From Spironucleus salmonicida (lineage: Eukaryota): DNA of 64,000 bases. The DNA lies in NCBI RefSeq assembly GCF_000497125.1, contig NC_090599.1, positions 620,001 to 684,000 of the forward strand. Direction: 5' to 3'. Shown one piece after another: positions 48,841-60,456 of the stretch. The notes beneath the pieces are model-generated. The model was not told the DNA's origin, ran no database searches, and saw only the letters and a program-made list of their open reading frames with translations. Numbering within the stretch: the first letter of the stretch is position 1; every line of letters begins with the position of its first letter. Made by a program: the position numbers and the translations under genes.

Positions 48841-49371
48841 ATGTCACACCATGCCTATTTTACGCACCACAACACGCGCTTCCGCCAGCCAGCGTTCCGC
48901 GCCAAGATGACGGCTGAATTCCCGCTGCTCCCCTTCGTCAACACGTCCTACAGCATGAAGCGGATCAAGTTCTTCGCGCAGCTAATTCCCGACTACTGCT
49001 ACTTCAGGCGCACGCTATCGCTCTCGCAGGCCGAAATTCAGCGCATTTTCCACCTTTCCAGCCGCTCTGTGAAGACGATTTTGCGGGGCCAGAAGGCGAC
49101 GAAAACCTTCCGGCCGCGCCGCTTCTCGAACTCCGGGGAACGCGTCGTTTTCACCAAAAATTTGGCAGCGCTGAAAGACAAAATTCGGGCCAATTTCAGG
49201 GACTTCAAAGGCGAAATTCTGACGTTAAAAGAAGTGGAAAATCAATTTGTTGAATTTTTCGAATTTATCGACAGAAAACCCATAAACTGCGCGATAATCG
49301 AGGCCGAAATGGCTGATATAATAGCGCTCAGGTTCCAGGGCGGCGCGGTTGTGGGGGTCAAAATCAAGTGA
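48841..49371 (+). CDS. Basic hypothetical protein, 176 aa
   Basis: Track ORF with CCACTCCAC upstream. Ends AAG TGA. Confidence 0.75.
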   Translation: MSHHAYFTHHNTRFRQPAFRAKMTAEFPLLPFVNTSYSMKRIKFFAQLIPDYCYFRRTLSLSQAEIQRIFHLSSRSVKTILRGQKATKTFRPRRFSNSGERVVFTKNLAALKDKIRANFRDFKGEILTLKEVENQFVEFFEFIDRKPINCAIIEAEMADIIALRFQGGAVVGVKIK

Positions 49372-49705
49372 GATTTGGGGTGTTGAACGAGTGAAAAATT
49401 GATATTTGGTGTCTGTGCGTTAACTGGTGAAAATGTGATGTCGGGAAAGAGAGGTATGCTGGCTGATGCGAAATTAGCTGTTTGGTGAGATTCCGTCAAG
49501 TTAGGATTAGAAGGATAATTAGTGTTGATGTATTTGCAGTAATTTTCTGGTAAAATGCTGGATTGTAAAAAATAATGCGAAATCGGGGTTTAGGAAAATT
49601 CTGTGTTACAACTGTTATTTACGATATAATAGTACATTATAATAACAGGTTTCGAATTAAAAATAGTTGGCTATATATATTATAATATAAGTTTATATTT
49701 AAAAA

Positions 49706-51265
49706 ATGCTGTTCGCAATATAGTTGACATGCTTTAACCAGTACGCGGAGCTGGAGGGAATTAACTAACAATTGTAGTTTAACGTGTATTTTTAACCCGC
49801 ATACAGTATTGATAGTAAGTGCGTGGCGTTCAACAACTCGAAGGCGGTGGTTTACCTGCAGTATCTGGACGCAGGGGCCGTTAAGGAAATTACCTCCGAG
49901 TTCCAGTACTACTCAGACAGGAACCTCACAGTCGAGGTGAAGAGCGTGGCAAACGCAACCTTCCAGGCGATGGCCCTGCTCTCTAGGCTGGCCTACAAGG
50001 TCAACATCTCGGGGCAGCTGGAGTTCCCTGGGAGTTTTTACCGCATCCAGAACACGCAGGCCAACATCTCCAACTGCTGGTCGGACCTCCAGCTCAAGTA
50101 CCTGCGCGTAGGGCCAGGTGCCTACCTCAGCCTGGAGGCGCAGCCGAACTTCTGCGCGATCCGGGACCCGGTGCTAGAATTCCAGTACCTCGTCAGCGGC
50201 GAGTGGCACAGCATAGAAATCAAGGCAAACACCAGCACGGGCCCAGGTGGCTTCAAGTTCCCCTATGTCCATCTCGACACCAAGTTCTATCAGGTGTTCA
50301 AAGACCAGCTTAACGAATCTCAGCAGAATGAGTTTAACATGTTCTTCGAGCAGTTTACGATCGACCGGAGCCTTTAACTGCGCATGCAGATGCATTATAC
50401 CACGGCGGGATCCACGCTGATTAAGCAAATTGTTAGCTAAGTACTAGTAACGTAATCAGATAATAATTAATATTTAGAAAATATTAAAGTTAGGTCAATT
50501 GTGAGTAGTCTCGGGTTTGATGTTATTGGGGAATTTTCGTAATTAGCAGATATTGACTAAAAGTATAAGGTATAACTTTAGGTTTTGTTTTAATAAATGT
50601 AATTAGAGCTATACAATGACCTATATAATTTAGCATAAATGTTGTCTATAACTTTCTATTTTAGGGAGGAAAATATTTCAGTTTTGTAACTTCCAGATAA
50701 TCTCCAAATGCAGTTTTTCTTCGTAATTTACGACGACGAAACAATTATTCATGAAGAAAGCGTGTTTGTCGATGTGATAATTTCATGCTTTACCGCCATG
50801 AATATCATCGTAAGCCGCTCCGAGACAAGCGTAGTCGTATTTCCCACCAACACGGAGAGGTGCGCTAAATTATACTCCAATGGGCTGCCAATTTACGTGG
50901 AGTAAGTGTTGTAACTAGACAAAACCACTGTATCGCGGACCACCTTCCAGGCCATGCTGAAGGAGCTCAAATTCGAACCACGCCAGTTTTACAAGCTCGA
51001 ACTCGGCAGGGCTAACGCACTAACAACCTCGAACTTCACGCTCGCGGAGGGAGACTTTTACCAGCGCCAGAAGGCCTACATCTCTAAGGCGAAATCGTCC
51101 ACAATGACGCTGACGTACGTGACGAATAATTTCGAATTTTTCAATAATTTAGATATTGCATTTGAAGATACTGCAACTCTATTATATCCTACTATTGGTA
51201 TTTTTGGTGGAATCTTAATTGGTATAATAATATATATCTCTATAGTTACGCCAAATCTATAGTGA
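49706..51265 (+). CDS. Type I membrane (surface) protein, 519 aa, paralog B
   Basis: Same length as 27642-29201, with mosaic identity to it. Ends TAG TGA. Confidence 0.85.
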
Positions 51266-51990
51266 AGTAATTAAAATTATTTAATAAATATAAATTTAAT
51301 TATAGATTTACTTAACTATGGTGTGTGCTTAATATAAATAGCATTTTTAATAATAAACGGTTAATCATTATATCATTTTTGATAAAACTGATACTTAAGT
51401 TTTACTTATATATAATAATATGCATCTTTTTATTAATTATTTGTTGATTTATCATTAATTATGATTGCTTTTAAGGAGACCGCGGAATTTCTAAAATAAA
51501 TATTATTTGCTGTATAAATACATAATTATATATCAATATAATATTTAAATAAAATCTTCTTCTTTTGAAAGAGAAACTTAGGTTTACTTATTTTGAGTAC
51601 AAAGTTATTATTATGAAAAAATTATAAACAGAATACCAGATAATCCTATAAATATATGTTTATGCGACTAAATACTAATATGTCACCATTATTTAGCAAA
51701 AATAAACATGAACTATAAATATTGGTTGTACCAGTAATATTTCATTTATGAAACTTTTTGTATACCTTTGGTTATTATATAAAATAAAATAAAGTAATGT
51801 TCACTAAATATTTAGTTGCAAAAAACAAATTTTAAACATATATACAATATACTATTATTTACTAATAAAATAAACAAATCATAAATTATTCGCAAATACT
51901 ATAGTATTATATATTTATTTTAGTATTATGGATTAATACATTAAAACCTATAATACTTATTTTGTCACATTTAATAAATTAAAAATCGAA

Positions 51991-52230
51991 ATGCAAAGAA
52001 AACAAATATGGACATTTGAATAGATAGAATATCTAGCGAGTGCATTTCGCTAGGTTGGAATGAATTGGAAGATGATACAAAGCAAATTCTTCCCGAAATA
52101 CTAAATCGGATAGATTAGAAATGCTTATTATAAATTCAAGAAAGAATAACCGGATTTATTCTAAAAATGTACCATCAATGCTGGAGTTGGATTATAAGAT
52201 ATTGATCTAAATTATAATGTTTTTAAGTGA
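51991..52230 (+). CDS. Small Myb/SANT protein, 79 aa
   Basis: MQRKQIWTFEQIEYLASAFRQVGMNWKMIQSKFFPKYQIGQIRNAYYK. Ends AAG TGA. Confidence 0.85.
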
Positions 52231-52529
52231 TTTGGGGTCATAATATTTTTATGTTTAAGTAAAAATTTATTGACTTATAAAATGTTAAGCAATATTGTAA
52301 ACAGATTAATATATATTATTAAATTATGTTGGATAGTACTTAAAAGATATCATAATAATATTTTAATAATCATTATAAAAATACTAACAGATCCTATTGA
52401 AAATCATAATTATTCAGTTTAGATAATAATTAAGTAATAAAACTTTGGCAACAAGTTTCAATTTGCACTTTGCAAATCTAAGCACCAGATAATGGAATAT
52501 CAAGTGGCTAAAAATTTTGCCCAGTTTAT

Positions 52530-52841
52530 TCACTAAACCCAAGACCAGGTACCTGAGACAAGCATTGGGGCAGGAATTGGAACAGAAGAGAATGCATGAA
52601 ATGAATTACCATCATCTGTACTGGAATTCATTATTACATCAAATTTGACAATTGTAAGAGCTCCCCGTAGTTATGATAAAATATTAGAAGCTTCTCTAGC
52701 TATTTTTTGTACTGATATTAAATCTCTATCATCCACGCCTTATTTTTTCATAAAAATATTATCCTAAAGGTTTGCTAATGTTATATTTTCTTTAAATACA
52801 CCAGGATAACAGGTAAAATATGGTAGTTTTCTTGCCTTCAT
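52530..52841 (-). CDS. Small 'MKARKL' family protein, 103 aa
   Basis: MKARKLPYFTCYPGVFK...DRDLISVQKIAREASNILSQL. Ends TAG TGA. Confidence 0.75.
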
Positions 52842-53011
52842 TGTTATAAAATGTTCAAGTTTAATTATAGGGAATTATGATGTTAATATTAAATATTATT
52901 AATAAAATCATTTACAAATAATAGTTAAATGACAAAACTAATAGCGTAATAAAGATAAATAAAACAAAGTATTCAGTTAAAGTAGATTATTACTATAGAC
53001 TATAAAATTAA

Positions 53012-54610
53012 TCATTCTACAACACCTCCTAAATCTCTCTCCCGTACAAATCCTCCTGCAGCTTCTTCAAGTTCTCTATAACGTTCCTCTGCGGTTGCAA
53101 TATACTATTTCATACTTTTTTAAACCTCTTCTCTCGAAAAAATATCTTCACCAACTCTTGTTTCAAGTTCACGAATTTCCTTAAGATGTTAGAATAGTTC
53201 ACTATCCCCTTATTAATTATTGAGTTCTCTATGACTTTAGTTAAATTAAAGCTCACCCATTGTGGGATCTACCCCACCTTAATGAAATTTATCAAATTAA
53301 AAGCAGCCAGCACCAAAACTCGTCCAAAATCTAACATCTTTGTCAGCACCTGCACTTGCTAAAGAATTTCCTAATGGATGTGCATGTAAATCTATAATTT
53401 TTACACCAATATTTTAAGAATTACGATGAGCCCCTTAAATTTTTGAAATAGGTTACAAAATTAATGTTTTAACATCAATAAAATCAGAATTTCTATAAAA
53501 TTCTATTTCTGGGGCTTCAAAATTAAAATTTTAATTTGTATTTGATAAATCATAAAAATTAATATCTCCATTTACGTCACCTATTGCAAATGAATTTTAT
53601 GATAAGGGATTCCAACAAAATGATGATGCTTCTACTGTGGATTTTGTTTAAAATACAGGAATTGATGAATTTCTAATATCAAAAATTTTAGTACCAGAAT
53701 TACCTAAAATAAATAAAAGCGAGCCAGAATGATGAAAATAAATCTTATTTATTGTATCTTCTGAATTTTAGTTATAAATAATGGTTTGCGTAACTTCTCG
53801 TGTTCTCCCATCAATGATAACTACATTATCTCCTCCAGCAGCAAATATTTCACGAGAAAATGGATGTGCGGCTACACAGTTAACACCTTTGTAAAAAACA
53901 ATCTCTTCCGTTTTATTCAATACATAGCCTTCAAATTTTGGTTTAAAACGATTTTTTAAGTCAACAACTGCTACACGACCGTTTTCACATCCACATAACA
54001 TAATTTCCCCGCATGATGCTACTGAAATTCCAGAAATTTTGACATCATTAAATATTTCAAGTTTTTCAATTTATTTATCTTCAGAGTCAAAGTGTAAAAG
54101 ATTGGGAACTGTAACAATAACACCTTTATTTGTTGAAATATATGCAAGATTAGAATTATCTGGATGAAATGAAATATCTGTATGGCCCTAAGCTTGATTG
54201 AAAGTTTTATTATTTGTCAGATAATACTAATAATGAAATGAGAAATCATATGTATTATAAAGATAGATAGAACCATGATTTGTTCCTACGAAAAGAAAAC
54301 GCCCATCCGGATTATATCTCGAAAATATTAAATCAGCATATTATTTTTACTACTAATGCTTAATTTCACACTTTCTCCTATTAACATATTTAGTAAGAAT
54401 TTAAGAAGGCTCGGTTATTAATCTATCTGAAGATTCTAATGGAGGTAGAGGAATTATGTTAAGGCGAAGTTAATTTAACAAGTTAAGAGATGAATATTTG
54501 TTACAATATGCATGCTAAATATCTACAGTCTTATTCGATTTAGCTTTAGATGCTTCTGAACCATCACGACGAGGTTAATTTTATCTATTATTAAACCCTC
54601 TTGGTTGCAT
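53012..54610 (-). CDS. WDR33: WD40 polyadenylation factor WDR33/Pfs2-like, 532 aa
   Basis: KTVD...PP...ILTKYV, YNPDGRFLFVGTNHGSIYLYNTYDFSF and HPLGNSLASAGADKDVRFWT parallel the conserved WDR33 N- and C-terminal motifs. Confidence 0.75.
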
Positions 54611-55441
54611 TGTGAAGCGAATAAGGAAAGAGTAAATAAAATTATATTATTTGTTATATTTAGATTAATATTAATTTAAGCACTATATAAAAATTGAAAA
54701 AATTAGTTTTGGATATTACTATTGCTATAATTTTATATAAAAATTATATCATAATAATAAATTACTGATATTTAGTTCTTTTTAAAAGAGTTCCGCCGGT
54801 TTAGGTCTTATAATTAAAAAAGCAATTTTTACCAATTTTAAATTGTTATACAACAATGTATTGAAGTTTATCATAATGTAAATAATAGATTTAATTATAC
54901 AAAAATATTATTATGAATATTATGAATATTATTTTTAAATAATTCAAATACTTAAAAATTCATATAGAATTACTATAAATTTCTTAAAATGTTTATTCTA
55001 TTCATACTCGAATTGCTGATTAGTTATAATAAATAGTGAAAATTTGTTTTAGATTACAGTATTGACTTAGATTTACTATAATAAAATGTATTAATTATCA
55101 AAATGCTAATAATAATAAAAGTTGAATTTATATATTTAGTAAGAGAGATAAATAACTGTATTGATTTTATAATCTTAGTGCATATATGACACTTAAATAA
55201 TATAATAATCTAAGAAGCGGTACTTCACACTTTGTATCATTCTCTAACATATTTGTTGTTGAGTCTATTTGCTTTAATTTAAACATTAAGAATGACATAA
55301 TTTATTGAGAGTATTTATTTAACCACTCAAATATATATATAAATTTGACTTAACATATTAGATATCTAATAATAAAAAAATTCAACTAAAAAACTAAACA
55401 ACCCATATTATAATGTATAGGTATAAATAAAACTTTCGCAA

Positions 55442-55747
55442 ATGTCAAAAAGGAAACTTCATATGTGGTCTCATGAAGATGAATAGAAGCTGATAGAAAC
55501 AATATTATAACGAGGTTTAAACTGGAAACATATCTGCTAGGATGTTTTTCCTAACGTATCACCTTCAGGAGTTAAAAATATGTATTATTTACTTCTGAAA
55601 ACTGATGAAAGATTCAAGGAATATATATAGTTTAATTTTAAACGAAAATCTACTATGTAATTAAATAACAACAAAGATAGATAACTTAAGAAGTAACCTT
55701 AAGAAAATTCTCATGAATTTCAAACTTAGCATGATCTAGAATTATGA
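55442..55747 (+). CDS. Small Myb/SANT protein, 101 aa
   Basis: MSKRKLHMWSHEDEQKLIETILQRGLNWKHICQDVFPNVSPSGVKNMYY. Paralog of 47758-48063. Confidence 0.85.
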
Positions 55748-56331
55748 TTTATAATACTGAATAATGAGTAATAATTCGTTCACAATAATTTAGGCTAAAC
55801 GGTATTTGCTATAAGTTTATAGATTTTTTCAGATATCCTGAAGTAGTACTAATTAATTATATTGATTATCAACCAGTATTTACATACACACTAAGTCAAT
55901 AAGTTAGAAACATATTTTTAAAGAAATAATATCCATTTATTTAGAAATATTTTAAGTTTGATATTTCTAATGATCAGAACGTTTATATTAGTAAAATTAA
56001 TATATCTCAGAAAAATCTTATGGCTGATAAATTATATTATTATAATCAATATGTCATGTTCGTTCCATATATGTAATGTGAGTTAAATCAAATTTAACTA
56101 CCTTATTTATGTTATATATATAATATAGAAAAACGAGTAGTTACTTTGCGTCAGAAAGTTTGATACAATTTTGACTAATTTAATATTTTTGCAGAATAAA
56201 TAAATGAGAATAAACAGAATGAAGTTACTATTGATAAATTTATATGCATGAAAAATGTTTATACAATTTTAAATAAATCAACATCTTGGTAGACTAAGAA
56301 CTGAACATGTGTTGATTGTATTTCTAACGCC

Positions 56332-58223
56332 ACCATTCCACTTTTCAGTCCCGCATACTTGACCACCCGCGATTTTGAATTATCGCACCCTAATACTTAA
56401 TGATATAAGTTATAAGCACATCACTCTTTTCCTTTTACAAAATGAAAGCGCGCAAACTTAGGTACTATTCCACCTATCCCGACCTGTTCAAGCTCAAGGG
56501 CGCGACTGCGACATATGCTATCCCAGAGCGGGACCGCTACTTCGTGGAGAAGATCCAGTGCAAGGCGGCTGATCTGCTAGGGGAGCTGAATAACACGATC
56601 AGCAGGAAGCACGCAGAGACGACTCCGGTGTGCTCAGGCGTGTCGATCGTGGGAGATGACCCATGGTACGACCTCTGCGGCTTCAGTTTCCAGGACGTAG
56701 CCTATTGAGTGATATTTGCGTATTCTGGGCGAGCTTCCCGTTCGGCTAAGAGATAAACTAACTTTAACCGTGAGACTATCCCAATACCTATTTGTTGGTT
56801 TCTAAAGTTTTATCTCTACTATGTATATAAATAGAATCCAAATTCTATCTCAAAATGGATAGGCAGGCGGTAAAGATCAGGTGCCCCAGAACCGACTCCT
56901 ACGCGATAGAGCCCATATCCCTAACAGGATCGGGGTGCAACGAGGCCCCGCTGGAGATGCTTTGCCTAGAAAAGGAAGTGGAGTGATTACGTTCATTACT
57001 GTGGTGGGATGCTGTTTTTAACGGGCGGTGGCAGTAGTAGCGCTGGGCGTCTATAGGGAAGCGCAGACGAATCATGCACCTGCCTATTAGAGCCTAGCAA
57101 AAAACCCACTTGGAGGTGTCGTGCTCGTGGCACTGCTGAATAGGTCTGAGAACAGCAAAAGGCCAGACGTGGCAGCGCGGCGGGAGCCTAGTGGTTCCGG
57201 GTGTAGGGAACCGCGTCCAAGCAGGAGGGCGGATGGAACGGGAAGGTTTCGTCCGGCAACACATACGCCGCTAAGCCTCTACTCTCAGCACACGCGCGGC
57301 CAGAGACATTTTAAACCACACTTTCCAGCAAGTTGAACCTGTACTAAATTTTGATAAGGTATATCGCCAGATATAATACCGATTTTTCGCTCAAGCGGCA
57401 CGGTTTAAAAAAGGTAATATCGAGAATTATCAGTATACGATGCATTATGTTTGCAAACCTAAAGATCCGAGTACCAGAATCCTAGACAACGCGGGCATAA
57501 AAATAATATTCGATATTACTAAACTCACTAAGTTTCCAAATCCCTCCACTAGTTATATATTTTATTTTAACCAGGTGGTATTGTAATCTTCGTTAGTAGA
57601 AAACCGTAAAATTGTGTATTACAAAAAAATACTTGCGTATATATACCAATATCCCACTATTAGCGAAAAACTGTATACTCTGATTTACCGATCGCCCGCA
57701 TAGTATACTAAACAAACTATCCCGTTCTCAGAAATGGGTAAACTGTCGCGGACCGACTCCTACTGTGACCTGTCAAGCTTCGGCGACGAAGCGCCCCTAG
57801 AGTGGCTGGTGAGCTAGCCCAGCATCGAATTTTTCGCCGAGTGAGTTGTTTCATGTCCTTACGTCATCCCCCTCTTCCTCCTCCTCGCTGTCAAAGTACG
57901 CCTCGCTGCTGTCGTCGTTCCCGTCGCGCCCGAACAGCTAGATATTGATGTCGTCGTACAGCGCCTCCAGTGTCTCCCCGCCGATATCCTGCCGTAGCAT
58001 CTCCTCCACGATGCAGCGCATCTCTCGGTACTCCAGCAGCTCCAGAACCGCCCCCAGGCCCAGCGGCCGCCGCAGCTCCACGAAATCTGCAAATTGCAGT
58101 CTGTATGTTTAGTACTCCTCGGACGTCGCGCTGCCGCGCCGCTCGCTATTGGTAAAGCGGCAGCGCTGGCACACGCCCACGGGACCAGCGCAAGGGAACG
58201 TTCCGCTGCAGTCGAAGCAGTAA
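56332..58223. repeat. Inverted repeat IR2, right arm
   Basis: Reverse complement of 45321-47212. Confidence 0.95.
56442..56708 (+). CDS. Small 'MKARKL' family protein, 88 aa
   Basis: Track ORF. Stop lies in TGAGTGA. Confidence 0.75.
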   Translation: MKARKLRYYSTYPDLFKLKGATATYAIPERDRYFVEKIQCKAADLLGELNNTISRKHAETTPVCSGVSIVGDDPWYDLCGFSFQDVAY

Positions 58224-59077
58224 AAGTGATCGAAAACACGCGGACAAAGCAACCCAGCGTTGAGCTTCCGTGCTTCCTGAAGGAGGGCATGCTTCTCAGC
58301 CCCGGAGAGCATCGCCATGCGGCATACGGGGCACTGAAAGGAATTAAGTTTCTACGCGCAGGCCTCGTGGACTATATGCATGCATGGGGTCGCACGGAGC
58401 AACTTCAACGAGGCAGTGACTGGCTCCAGGCAGCACGCACACGCCTCGCCGCCGGGGCAGAGCGCTGCGAAGTGGCAGGTCTCGCACGAATTGCAGTGGG
58501 AAGGGAGCGGTATGAGTGAGTAAATACTGCAAATTTAGCACATATGCCGGAATAGCTGCGCGCCACAAGGGCAGGAGGTGTCGTGTACTACGGCATGGCA
58601 GATCGCACATCGCACGGACTCGAGCTGGAACTGGTGGGCCTCCTCCGCATCATGGCAGAATCTACATCTGTAAACATTCTTACATGTCGCGCAAACCAAC
58701 TCGCAGCTGCTGGATACGTGCTCGCATGAAGTGCTCTCTAATACCTGCTGCTCCTCATAGATTACGGAAACGGGGTCAGCCCTATCTAGCCATGCAGGTT
58801 GGTAGGTGGTACTTTGCAAGAAGGATTCTTCGAGTTGGATGACAGACATTGACGGTTTAAAAAGCGCCAACGGGAATGCCGGCTGTGGATACTTGAGGCA
58901 CTGGTAGTCGTGCGGAACTGCAAGTTATAATATAACTAAAATAACTTTGTTCGATTTGGCGTAGTAAGGCAGTGCTGGGTTCCCCACTACGTAGAGTATT
59001 CTTTAGAACAGTTTTCCTTTCATGGACTAATACAGGTTACTACAGATATAATAATACAGTTATTTAAATAACACCAT
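57851..59077 (-). CDS. CHY zinc finger / RING-H2 protein (Pirh2/RCHY1-like E3 ligase), 408 aa
   Basis: CEHVSSSCELVCATCKNVYRCRFCHD (CHY), CACCLE...PCMHIVHEAC...CPVCR (RING-H2), CFDC...CQRC ribbon, and an acidic tail. Confidence 0.88.
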
Positions 59078-59176
59078 TTCAGTAGTTTTTTGTTTTTGAG
59101 CGAGTGGAAATGGGGTTGAGTGGGTTGGTTGAGGGATGATTTAATAAGATCAGAAGGAGAAATAAAATAAGATGAT

Positions 59177-59923
59177 TCAATCATATCCCTACTGTACAAA
59201 CCTCCATTATCCATTAACTTGCCCAAATTTTTAAAAACTTGCACTTCCAACTAGTAAAGGAACAGCACTGATAGCTGCTATCCAGCTTTGCATTTTAGAT
59301 CTTCTATCTTCAATAAACTCCAACTGACTACCTCCCATTAAAAAATGCTTTTGAGGTGGTAATGGTGGAAGTTCAAGCCCTGAATTTGAAAGTTCGGCAT
59401 AAAGGCCTTTCAGATCATTAAAACGCCTTCTCACCATGAAGTATCGAGAATCTTCACGTAAAACTGATGAGGTTTAGCATGCGAAAATAACTCTATAATC
59501 AACAAAATCGTGCAATTGACCTTAATGTGTTTATGGTTAATCGACTATAACCTATTAGACGTTCTAAATTAAATTATCAGTCACAAAAGTTAGAGGAGTT
59601 CCCCAAAATACGGTAGATTCTTATTAAGTCAAAATATTAAGTTAACGTGTTAGAGCTGCACAAGAATCACGAGATACCGATAATTATGTATCAATATCTT
59701 ATGATTATTATAATTACTGAAGAGTTTGCTCCACATTAATTAAAAGTTCTTAAAATGGCTGAGGATGTTGACGAACTTAGTCATCGACCGCTGCTAATTA
59801 TTATAGTAATTGCTATGCATATTATATTTGTAATGGATATGATGATTGAAGCTAAGAAATAAGATAAGATGCATTATCATAAGAGTCACGATATTAATCA
59901 TACAGTATGTAAATATTTGTCAT
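59177..59923 (-). CDS. PX-domain (sorting nexin-like) protein, 248 aa
   Basis: FVDYRV...VRRRFNDLKGLYAEL...LPPLPPQK...FIEDRRSKMQSWI. Confidence 0.88.
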
Positions 59924-60456
59924 TTTTGATTTATAATGAGAAGAGGAAAATAATTTTGTGGGAAGATTAAATTTTATATTAGAAATAAATTTATTTTTAT
60001 TTTAAAACTAAATTAATAATTTTATATTTAAATTAAAAGTAATATTTAACTATTTTTACATAATTATAATATACATAATTTTATATAAAATATAAACTAC
60101 AAACTCCCTTCAGCTTTTGTGTACAGAAATCGACTTAGATTAATTGACCGATTACTATAATATTAAAGAATGATTAATATCACACAATATCCCTTTAATT
60201 TAACCTCATTGTACCCAGTACTTTTAAACACTATGATAGTAATCGTATTATACGTTTTCACATAGGATATAAAACATGTCGCGAAGTACTAGAAGGCGAC
60301 CTCCCTCCTAAATGGAGCGAGCCCCGCGCCCCGGCATACCCTGCCCACACATACTCCCTTTACCCATCCCAGCAGACCCCATTCCAAGGCCTCTCTGCCC
60401 TCCAGCCCGCGCCGTGCTCGGCTCCCCTGCGAACGTGGCCGCTGCGACTCCACAAA

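Noticed and set aside
59078-59179. PX gene and CHY/RING gene lie in the same frame, suggesting a fusion
   Set aside because: Two in-frame TGAs and a C-rich promoter-like tract separate them.
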